Below, piece by piece: positions 1 to 8,654 of a DNA stretch of 64,000 nt. The DNA lies in contig CBDCTK010000002.1 in the NCBI GenBank assembly GCA_965222225.1, forward strand, positions 4,544,001-4,608,000. The letters are read 5' to 3'. The DNA comes from Candidatus Poribacteria bacterium. GTDB lineage: Bacteria; Poribacteria; WGA-4E; JAJDTR01. Each line of letters opens with the position of its first letter. Position 1 is the first letter of the stretch. Below the pieces are notes generated by a model. It worked only from the letters and a program-made list of their open reading frames with translations. It did no database searches and was not told where the DNA came from. A program made the position numbers and the translations under genes.

Positions 1-47
1 ACGGTACGTTGTTGTTCTCCCAAAAGAAATCAGAAACAGAGGCTAAT

Positions 48-149
48 AGGATCTCCATCGCACGGGATTTGCTATCGGGATTTGCTATCGCCTTCGCTAT
101 CCGCTCAGTTGAACCCTCGTTGTTCACTCAGTTAATCGCTTCCTTGATT
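48..149 (+). repeat. Nested array of 38-bp micro-element (2 split copies plus 1 full copy) in a degenerate REP
   Basis: Left halves 48-63 and 64-76, full unit 77-114, right halves 115-137 and 138-149. Followed by REP-like GCGGTGTACACTCGAC. Confidence 0.8.
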
Positions 150-251
150 GCGGTGTACACTCGACGACTGCGGCCCAAGAAAGAAACTGAGTTTTCAAGA
201 AAAAACTCGGTTTCGTCGTATGAAAATAGATTTTGCTTTACTGTTCGACGA

Positions 252-1058
252 ATGGCTGTCCGGACCATCGAAACTTGTGTTTTTATTCTTGTTTTCATGT
301 GCACAGTGGCGGGATGCACGAATCGAGAACAGGACCGTGCGCGGTCGGAGGGAAAACCAGACGGTTCGGCGGAGTTGACTGTTTTTGCTGCCGCGAGTTT
401 GACTGAAGCAATCACGAAAATCTCGAGATCGTTTGAATCCAAGCGAGATGTTAAGATCTATATGAATTTTGCCGGTTCGCAGACGTTGCAACTCCAAATT
501 GAACGAGGGGCTCCGGCAGATTTGTTCATCTCCGCTAGCCCGAAACAGATGGATGCGTTGGAGGAAAAGGGCGCTATCCATGAATCTAGTCGCCGCAATG
601 TGTTAAGAAACAGCTTGGTACTGGTTGCTCCGATTGAGGTTTCGCGTCAAATCCAAGGACCGGAGAATCTCACACAATCGTCTATCCGACGAATCGCAAT
701 CGGTGAACCGAGTTCCGTTCCAGCGGGCATATACGGGGCGGAAGCTTTGAAGCGCTTAGGGATTTGGGCGGGAGTTCAACCGAAGCTGATTCCGGGAGCA
801 GATGTTCGATCTGTGCTCGCGTATACGGAGTCGGGAGAGGTCGATTTCGGTATTGTTTACAGGACGGATGCGTCGGTGAGCGAGAAGGTCAGAGTTGCCT
901 ATGAATTTCCCACATCGAGCCACAGCCCGATTGTATATCCAGCCGCAGTGATTCGGGGCGCAAAGCATGAAGACCTCGCACGCTTGTTTCTTCGATACCT
1001 TGAAACGCCGGAAGTCAAACGCGTCTTCGAGAACTACGGATTTTCTGCCGTCAAATGA
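252..1058 (+). CDS. modA: Molybdate ABC transporter substrate-binding lipoprotein
   Basis: VFAAASL, FAGSQTL, ADLFISA, PSSVPAGIYG and HSPIVYP motifs; lipobox VAGC. Start moved to ATG 252 because the upstream extension is repeat DNA. Confidence 0.93.
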   Translation: MAVRTIETCVFILVFMCTVAGCTNREQDRARSEGKPDGSAELTVFAAASLTEAITKISRSFESKRDVKIYMNFAGSQTLQLQIERGAPADLFISASPKQMDALEEKGAIHESSRRNVLRNSLVLVAPIEVSRQIQGPENLTQSSIRRIAIGEPSSVPAGIYGAEALKRLGIWAGVQPKLIPGADVRSVLAYTESGEVDFGIVYRTDASVSEKVRVAYEFPTSSHSPIVYPAAVIRGAKHEDLARLFLRYLETPEVKRVFENYGFSAVK

Positions 1059-1726
1059 ACCTAACAGATATAGAGGTCGCGGCGCTCGTTATATCCGTCA
1101 AAACGGCCCTGTTTAGTTTGCTGTGTATTCTACCGGTGGGTGTCGGAGTCGGGTGGCTGCTTGCGAAGGTGGCGTTTCGCGGCAAGTCGCTACTCAATAC
1201 CCTTGTGATGCTGCCTTTGGTGTTGCCCCCCGTTGTGAGCGGATATCTGCTGCTCATATTGTTTAGCAGGCAGGGACCTATCGGCGCTATTCTCTATCGC
1301 CTGTTCGGACTTGAAATTGTCTTTTCATGGTTAGCCGTTGTTTTGGCGCTCTCCGTTATCTCGTTTCCCCTGATGGTTCGCAGCATTGTGATTGCTATGG
1401 AGGGGGTTAACCCTTTACTGGAGGGTGCGGCACGGACACTTGGAGCACGACGTTTCAAGGTGTTTTTTTCAGTCACGCTTCCGTTGTCCTACCGCGGAAT
1501 CATCGGGGGGGCGATTCTGGCATTTGCCCGGAGCCTAGGCGAATTCGGCGCCACCATGATGGTAGCCGGGAACATACCCGGAAAGACACAGACTTTGCCC
1601 TTAGCCATTTTCAATTATGTGCAGACGGGTCAAGAAGTCAGCGCCTATCGGCTGGTGTTTCTATCGACGGCTATCGCTTTTGGCGCGTTATGGCTTGCGG
1701 AAAGGCGTTATCTGAGGTCGGATTAA
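1055..1726 (+). CDS. modB: Molybdate ABC transporter permease
   Basis: LPLVLPPVVSGY, EGAARTLGA loop, FARSLGEFGAT; ATGA overlap with modA. Confidence 0.95.
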   Translation: MNLTDIEVAALVISVKTALFSLLCILPVGVGVGWLLAKVAFRGKSLLNTLVMLPLVLPPVVSGYLLLILFSRQGPIGAILYRLFGLEIVFSWLAVVLALSVISFPLMVRSIVIAMEGVNPLLEGAARTLGARRFKVFFSVTLPLSYRGIIGGAILAFARSLGEFGATMMVAGNIPGKTQTLPLAIFNYVQTGQEVSAYRLVFLSTAIAFGALWLAERRYLRSD

Positions 1727-1848
1727 TCGACTAGACAGGAGATAAGAGTTTCTTGAAACGCGTTGTACGGAGGTGAAGGATACGCACGATCGTATTAGTC
1801 TTGGTTCTACAGATTGCTGTAGTCACACTATACGGTTGTAACGTGAAA

Positions 1849-2607
1849 ATGAGTAGCCAAGAGACAACGTTACCCAAGAGAATTGTGAGTGAGAAAGACG
1901 GCACCGAGACGATCCTGATTCCAGCCGGGGAGTTTGAGATGGGGAGCCCCAAGGACGATGATAAGCACTGGGAAAGACCTATCCAGACCGTCTATTTGGA
2001 TGCGTTCTATATGGACGTCCATCCTGTCACAAATGCGCAGTGTCAGAAGTGTGTTGAAGAGACGGGTTACCCGGCGCCGAAAAAAACGCCCCCGTTCAGC
2101 CATCCACAACAACCCGTTGTTTGGGTGACATGGTGGAATGCCATGGAATACGCGCGATGGGCGGGCAAGACACTTCAATCGGAGGCGCAGTGGGAGAAGG
2201 CGGCGCACGGCGGACTCAGCGGCAAACCGTACCCATGGGGCGACGAGGAGCCGACCCCGTCGCTGGCAAGCTACAATTCAATCTACCGCATCACGCTGCC
2301 GGTGCGCAGTTTTCCACCGAACGGTTATGGGTTGTACGATATGGCGGGAACGGTGTGGGAGTTGTGCATGGATGAATGGCAGGAAGATTTCTATTCGCGC
2401 AGCCCGCGCGAGAATCCGATCGCGGGCGGGGTTGTGTCACCAATCGTAGACCTTCGTTCGATTAAAAGCCTTCGTGTTACCCGCGGCGGGTCTTGGCATC
2501 ACAGAGCCGAACACGGGTTGGATGTTTTTCATCGATCCTATAGTCCGGTAGATTTCATTGAGGACTTTCAGGGATTCCGCTGTGTGAAACTGGCGGTGAC
2601 TAAATGA
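1849..2607 (+). CDS. SUMF1/FGE-sulfatase domain protein (probably non-catalytic)
   Basis: IPAGEFEMGS, PVTNAQ, EAQWEKAA, PNGYGLYDMAG, RGGSW and GFRCV motifs; lacks the FGE catalytic Cys pair. Confidence 0.85.
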   Translation: MSSQETTLPKRIVSEKDGTETILIPAGEFEMGSPKDDDKHWERPIQTVYLDAFYMDVHPVTNAQCQKCVEETGYPAPKKTPPFSHPQQPVVWVTWWNAMEYARWAGKTLQSEAQWEKAAHGGLSGKPYPWGDEEPTPSLASYNSIYRITLPVRSFPPNGYGLYDMAGTVWELCMDEWQEDFYSRSPRENPIAGGVVSPIVDLRSIKSLRVTRGGSWHHRAEHGLDVFHRSYSPVDFIEDFQGFRCVKLAVTK

Positions 2608-2662
2608 GAGGTTTTTCCATTGAGGCTGAATCTGCGTATATTCCTATTTTCCGGGACGCCAA

Positions 2663-4153
2663 ATGCTGAAAACAAGCCTTCTCTTTGTCGCAATTGCGCT
2701 TGTTGCACTTCTCTTGGCGGACCTTGAGATATCGACGCAGAATCCGTGGATCGAACTTGGCCGCATGGCTAAGGGAGCAGTAACTCCAGATTTCCTCGCG
2801 GTCTGGGGTTTTTGGAATGCACTTCTTAACACGGTAGTCTTTGCACTTTGCGGCATTTGCCTCGCCGTAGTATTCGGCGTCGTGCTCGCATTCTTTTTTC
2901 GTTTTACTCCCGTTCGGCTGTTCTGTGCTTTTGTCCGCGCCATTCACGAGATTTTCTGGGCGTTCATTTTCCTGCCCGTGGTCGGGCTTAACTCGGTTTG
3001 CGGCGTGCTTGCTATCGCGATACCTTACGCCGGTATTTTCGCCAAGGTTTACGCGGAGATTGTCCAAGAGTCAGACCACCGCCCCCTAGAGGGGGTACCT
3101 ACTCGGTCCGGAGGCCTGAGCCGATTTGTTTACGGCATCCTTCCCGTCATTTACGCCGATGCGAAGCATTATACCGGTTACCGTTTCGAGTGTGCGTTGC
3201 GATCCAGCGCCATTCTTGGATTCATTGGCCTTCCGACGCTTGGATTTCACTTGGAGACCGCATTTCGAGAAGGACTGTACTCCGAAGCGGCAGCTTTACT
3301 TTATGCTTTCTATTTGCTAGTTGCGTCGCTGAAATACTGGGTCAAAGCCCGCTTGATACCGCTCTATGTCGCAGCGGCGTTTGTTCTTCTGTCTTGGGAG
3401 GTCACCCTGTCGTGGTCAAATATCTCGCGGTTCTTCACTTATGAAATTCTGCCTTGGCCCATGCGTCAGGAAGGGGTATCGACGGGCACCTATGGCGTAT
3501 CGTTTGCTTGGCAGCCTGAATGGCAGTGGATGCGAGACATCATCCTGGGAGAGGGTTGGAAGGGCACTTGGAACACAGTGGTATTGACCCAGATTGTATT
3601 GGTGGGCACGGGGATGTTTACGCTGTTGAGTTTTCCGTTTGCCTGCCGACATTTCACCGGCAAGGTCGCGGGTCGAATTTCGCACTATCTGCTAATTGTT
3701 CTGCGCACGACGCCGGAGTATATTCTCGCTTTCGTCTTTGTGCAACTTTGGGGGCCGTCAATGTTACCGGCTGTTTGTGCTATTCTCCTACATAACGGGG
3801 CGGTATTGGCTTTTCTGACCAGCAACAATGCCGATCTCGTTACGTTACGACTAGACGCGCCGCATAAACGGTTGGACCGTTACTTCTATGAGATTCTTCC
3901 ACGTGTATACGGACAGTTCCTCGCTTTTCTTTTCTATCGATGGGAGGTAATGATGCGCGAGTCCGCCATGCTTGGCATACTTGGCGTTTATACGCTAGGC
4001 TTTTATATCCATAGCGCGATTGAAGCCGTTCATATGGACAAAGTGATTTTACTCATATTCGTCACTGCCGCGCTCAACATGGGGATTGACAGCGTGTCTC
4101 AGTTGATGCGCCGCCGCCTTAAAATCTCTACGAAACTGGTGACATCGGCTTGA
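2663..4153 (+). CDS. phnE: PhnE/PtxC-family ABC permease (two fused permease modules)
   Basis: RAIHEIFWA, AKVYAE, YRFECALRSSAILG in module 1; RTTPEY, YRWEVMMRESAMLG in module 2. Confidence 0.8.
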   Translation: MLKTSLLFVAIALVALLLADLEISTQNPWIELGRMAKGAVTPDFLAVWGFWNALLNTVVFALCGICLAVVFGVVLAFFFRFTPVRLFCAFVRAIHEIFWAFIFLPVVGLNSVCGVLAIAIPYAGIFAKVYAEIVQESDHRPLEGVPTRSGGLSRFVYGILPVIYADAKHYTGYRFECALRSSAILGFIGLPTLGFHLETAFREGLYSEAAALLYAFYLLVASLKYWVKARLIPLYVAAAFVLLSWEVTLSWSNISRFFTYEILPWPMRQEGVSTGTYGVSFAWQPEWQWMRDIILGEGWKGTWNTVVLTQIVLVGTGMFTLLSFPFACRHFTGKVAGRISHYLLIVLRTTPEYILAFVFVQLWGPSMLPAVCAILLHNGAVLAFLTSNNADLVTLRLDAPHKRLDRYFYEILPRVYGQFLAFLFYRWEVMMRESAMLGILGVYTLGFYIHSAIEAVHMDKVILLIFVTAALNMGIDSVSQLMRRRLKISTKLVTSA

Positions 4154-4332
4154 CCTACGGCACGGAGTTTTGGTTCGCTGCTTGAATCCGTCAAGAAGGA
4201 TAGGGTTGGAAGAGTGGAAGGTTGGAAGTTTCACTTTCACACCGCCCTTAATAGCTCATTGTTCTAGAGCGGATGGAGGGGCTGCCGTTTTTCTGTAAAC
4301 TAGAACTTACGCAGTAACAGGAGGTCGCGACG

Positions 4333-4399
4333 GTAGGCAGGGATCAAGCAAGATCAAGGGAGTGAATAATGACCGCGATAGAGATCTTCTTGCCCTGCC
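4333..4399 (-). repeat. GTAG-type REP hairpin interrupted by 38-bp micro-element
   Basis: GTAGGCAGG (4333-4341), partial unit 4342-4351, full unit 4352-4389, then TTGCCCTGCC. Removing the insert gives GTAGGCAGG[GC]TTGCCCTGCC. Confidence 0.8.
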
Positions 4400-4414
4400 A
4401 CGTATAGACGAGAC

Positions 4415-4439
4415 GTCGCGATCTGGAGATCGCTCCTAC
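4415..4439 (-). repeat. Intact GTAG-family REP
   Basis: Reverse complement GTAGGAGCGATCTCCAGATCGCGAC: GTAG foot plus GCGATCT/AGATCGC stem. Confidence 0.7.
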
Positions 4440-4490
4440 AGGGATTGAAGCGTAGAAACGGGAATTAAACTACCCTACCACGAACCTTTA

Positions 4491-4730
4491 GAGCCTGATT
4501 GAATAATCGGTGGCAAAGCCATTTTTGGTCATTTGTGGCAAGTTTTTTCATGTTTTCATTGTTGGCTGCTACATACCTGTGGGATTACTATCGCACGGGA
4601 TTTGCTATGGAGTTCTATCGCCTTCCTTATCCTGTCAGTTGATCGGTCACTATCCGTTCCCTTGATCGTTATCCGCTCGTTTGATCGGAGTGCGCACCCT
4701 ACGAGAAATGGTGCGCGGTGCCCACCCTAC
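4491..4730 (+). mobile_element. IS5-like MITE copy (left end only) with nested 38-bp units and REPs
   Basis: TTA followed by GAGCCTGATTGAATAATCGGTGGCAAAGCCATTTTTGG, matching copies at 26381 and 31233. Nested units 4581-4686; intact REP 4710-4730; right TIR not found. Confidence 0.7.
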
Positions 4731-4849
4731 AAGTGCTTGAGTTCATCCCAACCTTCGGGGCGGCTGATATGAGTGTGCCGTCTGGATTTGTTAATCCAGG
4801 CCGAGCGGATAGGAAGCGCACCAAGTAAGGAAGCACCATATTAATTCCA

Positions 4850-5980
4850 ATGAATCGAGTTGAATCGCTTTACATCCATGTGCCCTTCTGTGCCACGAAG
4901 TGCTACTACTGCGCTTTTAATACGTACGCCTTCCACAAGGAACAGGCACACCATTATCTTGAAGCGTTGCGAACCGAGATGGAACTCTACCGTCTTGATT
5001 CCGACGGATTAAAAACGGTTTTCATCGGAGGCGGAACTCCATCAATTCTGTCCGTGGAATCGTTGGAACGGTTGTTCGAGCATTTGCACGCCGTTTTTGG
5101 GATCGAGGCAGCAGCAGAAATCACCGTCGAATGTAATCCCGGGACCGTAGATCGCCAGAAACTAGAGGTAATGCGTTCTGGAGGGGTGAATCGCTTGAGT
5201 TTCGGGATACAGGCGATGGACGATGCTACACTGCGAGAGATCGGACGGATTCACACGGTGGACGAAGCAGTCCAAAGTTATGACCTCGCACGCGGAGTCG
5301 GGTTCGACAACATCAACCTCGATCTGATATTTGCGCTGCCCAACCAAACGGTTGAGGAGTGGAAAGCTTGTCTTAACGAGGTGATGGCACTCCAGCCGGA
5401 ACACGTCTCAGCGTACAATCTGATGATTGAGGAGGGAACCGTTTTCTATGAGTCAATGCGAACGGGAAAACTTCGGCGGCTTTCTGATGAGGTTGAAGCC
5501 AAAATGTATCACGTCACCATTGACACGTTAGCCGACTACGGCTATCAACACTATGAGATTTCCAGCTTTTCCAAGCCGTGTTGTGCCGCGAAACATAATC
5601 TGGTATACTGGGACAATCAGTCATATATCGGACTAGGACCAGGTGCGTGTGGGTATATCAACGGGGTGCGTTACTCCAATATCCGTGGTGTTCAGGATTA
5701 TATTGAGTCCCTTAAACAGGGCAGAAAACCGATTGCAGATTCCGAGCAATTGACCGGGCGAGATGAAAAGGCGGAAACAGTCATTCTCGGTCTTCGGAAA
5801 CGAGACGGGATTCGGGAAGAGGAATATCAAAGGCGATTCGGCGAGTCGATTAACGATGAATTCGAGGATGTTCTCGACAAATGGATTGGCATGAATCTGT
5901 TGGAGTGGGCAAACGACTATCTCCGGTTAACTAAGCGAGGGCTTTTCCTAGCCAATGAGGTCTTCGTAGATTTCCTGTAG
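4850..5980 (+). CDS. hemW: Radical SAM heme chaperone HemW (HemN-like)
   Basis: LYIHVPFCATKCYYCAF (CxxxCxxC), GGGTPS, HYEISSF, HNLVYW. Confidence 0.9.
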   Translation: MNRVESLYIHVPFCATKCYYCAFNTYAFHKEQAHHYLEALRTEMELYRLDSDGLKTVFIGGGTPSILSVESLERLFEHLHAVFGIEAAAEITVECNPGTVDRQKLEVMRSGGVNRLSFGIQAMDDATLREIGRIHTVDEAVQSYDLARGVGFDNINLDLIFALPNQTVEEWKACLNEVMALQPEHVSAYNLMIEEGTVFYESMRTGKLRRLSDEVEAKMYHVTIDTLADYGYQHYEISSFSKPCCAAKHNLVYWDNQSYIGLGPGACGYINGVRYSNIRGVQDYIESLKQGRKPIADSEQLTGRDEKAETVILGLRKRDGIREEEYQRRFGESINDEFEDVLDKWIGMNLLEWANDYLRLTKRGLFLANEVFVDFL

Positions 5981-5987
5981 ATGGATT

Positions 5988-6476
5988 ATGCCGCGAAGAA
6001 ATAAAGCGCTCAAGATTGGGGATACCGCACCTCCGTTTACATTGCGCGCGGTTCAGCACGCGGATGTGGATCTCGAATCGTGCACAGGCGAAAACCACGT
6101 CATATTGGTTTTCTTCAGGGGAACGTGGTGACCTAACAGCCGCCGCCAGTTGGCGAATTTGCAGGAACATATAGAGGAATACGCGGCACTCCAAGCCGCA
6201 GTCATCGGCGTTGTTGGACAATGGCCCCGGGAGGTGCGAAATTATGCCAATCGACACGACATCACTTTTCCGCTGTTAACGGACAAAGACCGCCACGTTA
6301 TCAAGAGTTACGGTGTGCACCACCGACTGGGAATTGATGCGTACAACATCGCTCGACCTGCAACCTTTGTGATTGATAAGAACCGGGTTATTCAGTTCAT
6401 GTATGTTGGATCGCATCAATTTGATCTAGCCGACCACCAGAATCTAATTGACTGTTTGAGATCCTTGTCGTCATGA
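5988..6476 (+). CDS. AhpC/TSA peroxiredoxin-like selenoprotein (Sec at codon 48, TGA 6129-6131), 162 aa
   Basis: ATG 5988 reads MPRRNKALKIGDTAPPFTL...VILVFFRGTW-TGA-PNSRRQL, in frame with ORF 6150..6476 (FPLLTD, ARPATFVID). The TGA is at the peroxidatic Cys position and is followed by a SECIS-like hairpin. Confidence 0.85.
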
Positions 6477-6522
6477 GAAATCTCGGATACTGGGGTGTTC
6501 AACGACGACGCACTCTCTTTTT

Positions 6523-6552
6523 TTGATTTGTTTATAGATGCTGTGATATAAT
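6523..6552 (+). promoter_or_regulatory. Sigma70 promoter of rib operon
   Basis: TTGATT-N18-TATAAT with extended -10 (TGaTATAAT). Confidence 0.55.
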
Positions 6553-6594
6553 ATTGGTCAATCGGGGTGTTCTGATTTTGATTAAATCTAAGGG

Positions 6595-6706
6595 AATTTA
6601 GAGCATAGGTGAAATTCCCCGGTGGCGAAAACCCGTGCGTCGTAAATGTGAAACAGATTTGGCGAGATGCTCAAACTTACGGATATAATCCTGAAGGAAA
6701 GAGACA
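6595..6706 (+). ncRNA. Degenerate FMN (RFN) riboswitch-like aptamer
   Basis: GGTGAAATTCCC, CGGTGG, CAGATTTGGCGAGAT and ACGG-ATATAA-TCCTGAAGGAAAGAG in RFN order upstream of ribD, with many substitutions. Confidence 0.65.
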
Positions 6707-6722
6707 GTGACAGAATTATTCT

Positions 6723-6753
6723 GCCCAAAGATGGACTTTTGGGCTTTTTTTAT
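6723..6753 (+). terminator. Intrinsic terminator in the rib leader (attenuator)
   Basis: GCCCAAAG-ATGGA-CTTTTGGGC followed by T7. Confidence 0.8.
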
Positions 6754-6851
6754 TTCCGAGATTTTTCAATGACTTTCCGGAATTATAACGAAGGCCGAGG
6801 GGTAGGTAGCGCATCACGAAGGAGTTGGCAGTGGCTGACGCATCGGGGTGG

Positions 6852-7958
6852 ATGGCACCGGATGTGAAGTACATGCGTCGTGCTTTGGCTCTCGCCGCAC
6901 GGGCACGCGGACGAACAAGCCCCAATCCGCTCGTTGGAGCACTCATTGTGCAAGGAGGCGAGATCGTCGGCGAAGGGTATCATCAAGCGGCGGGAGGAGC
7001 CCATGCAGAGGTTCACGCCATCAATCACGCCGGGGCAGCCGCACGCGGGGGAACACTTTACGTTACGCTTGAACCGTGTGCTCACTATGGACGGACACCT
7101 CCGTGCACGGAGGCGATAATCCGATCGGGAATTGCGCAGGTTTTCGCTGCTCATGTCGATCCGAATCCGAGGGTTGGCGGCAAGGGCATTCGGGAACTTG
7201 AGGAGGCTGGCGTCCGCGTCCATGTTGGCTTGTGTGAGACGGAAGCGCTGCGCCTAAATGAGATTTTCATAAAGTACATCCGGACAAATCAACCGTTCGT
7301 CATCCTCAAGTCGGCGATGAGCCTTGACGGGAAAATCGCGACGGTTACAGGAGAGTCGCAATGGATTTCGTCCGAGGCATCAAGGCTACGCGGGCATGAG
7401 ATTCGAGACGCCGTGGATGCCATATTGGTAGGTGTTAATACCGTTATAAACGATGATCCGTCGTTGACGACGCGTCTTCCAGGACGAGATGGGAAAGATT
7501 CCGCGCGAGTTATCGTTGACTCAGAGTGCCGCACGCCGCCGAGGGCAAGGGTTTTAAATCCAGATAGCAATGGGTACGCCATTGTCGCCACTACCAGACG
7601 AGCGTCAGAGGAACGGATTGCCCGTCTGGAGGCAATGGGAGCAAAGGTCTTGCTGGTTGAGGAAGAAGAAAACCGCGTGTGTCTGTCCTCACTAGTGCAA
7701 GTCCTTGGCTGCCAGGGCATCACCAGCGTGCTAATCGAAGGAGGCGCGGAGGTCAACGCCTCGGCACTAAAAGCCGGGATTGTAGACAAAGTCATGTTCT
7801 TCATCGCTCCAAAGATAATCGGCGGTACGGATGCCCCCAGCCCCATTGGCGGCGAGGGGATTCAGCGCCTAGCGGAAGCACACGAGTTGCGTGATGTGGC
7901 TATCAAGTCGATTAATGGGGATATTCTTATTGAGGGGTATTTGGGGACGGGTTGCTAA
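6852..7958 (+). CDS. ribD: Riboflavin biosynthesis deaminase/reductase
   Basis: TSPNPLVGA, HAE, TLEPCAHYGRTPPC, SLDGKIA, EGG motifs. Confidence 0.96.
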   Translation: MAPDVKYMRRALALAARARGRTSPNPLVGALIVQGGEIVGEGYHQAAGGAHAEVHAINHAGAAARGGTLYVTLEPCAHYGRTPPCTEAIIRSGIAQVFAAHVDPNPRVGGKGIRELEEAGVRVHVGLCETEALRLNEIFIKYIRTNQPFVILKSAMSLDGKIATVTGESQWISSEASRLRGHEIRDAVDAILVGVNTVINDDPSLTTRLPGRDGKDSARVIVDSECRTPPRARVLNPDSNGYAIVATTRRASEERIARLEAMGAKVLLVEEEENRVCLSSLVQVLGCQGITSVLIEGGAEVNASALKAGIVDKVMFFIAPKIIGGTDAPSPIGGEGIQRLAEAHELRDVAIKSINGDILIEGYLGTGC

Positions 7959-7985
7959 TCAGCTGATCCTCCCGAGTTGAGTCGT

Positions 7986-8630
7986 ATGTTCACGGGAATT
8001 ATTGAGGAAATCGGTGTCGTTAGTGAGGTAAAGCGAGCTTCGCAAGGCGCGGTTCTAGCCGTTGACGCCTCAGATGTTCTGACAGATAGCAACGTTGGTG
8101 ATAGTATAGCGATTGACGGGGTCTGCCTGACAATGACGCAGGCGGACAGTACGAGGTTTACAGCTGACATCTCCGCCGAGACGCTACGTCGTACAACCTT
8201 GGGCGACCGAAGTCGAGGGGATGGCGTCAATCTAGAGCGTTCGCTGCAACTCAACTCCCGATTGGGCGGTCACATTGTGTTGGGTCACGTTGACGATGTG
8301 GGTGTTATTAGTGGTTGGTGGGATGAAGGCGATTCGTCAATGATGCGTGTCTCCGCATCTCCCGATGTGATGCGATATGTTGTATTCAAGGGATCCATCT
8401 GCGTTGACGGGATTAGCCTGACAATTGCCAATCTATTTGAAACCGAATTTGAAATCGCGCTCATCCCGCATACAAAGCAGGTGACAACCATTGGAAAGAA
8501 GCGGGTGGGAGATCGCGTGAATATTGAGGTTGACCTGTTGGGGCGATATGTCGAGAGATTGCTGGCGGAGCAAGCAAAAAAGCCTACTTCGGTAGACCTT
8601 GCGTTATTGAAGTCACACGGATACGCCTAG
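7986..8630 (+). CDS. ribE: Riboflavin synthase alpha chain
   Basis: MFTGIIEE N-terminus, GVCLT, LGGHIVLGHVD, GISLT, VNIEVD. Confidence 0.96.
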   Translation: MFTGIIEEIGVVSEVKRASQGAVLAVDASDVLTDSNVGDSIAIDGVCLTMTQADSTRFTADISAETLRRTTLGDRSRGDGVNLERSLQLNSRLGGHIVLGHVDDVGVISGWWDEGDSSMMRVSASPDVMRYVVFKGSICVDGISLTIANLFETEFEIALIPHTKQVTTIGKKRVGDRVNIEVDLLGRYVERLLAEQAKKPTSVDLALLKSHGYA

Positions 8631-8654
8631 TAAAAGCCTGAAAAGGGACAAGCC

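Noticed and set aside
4581-4686. DGR template/variable repeat pair
   Set aside because: Variation is not adenine-specific on either strand, copies are intergenic, and no reverse transcriptase is in the window.
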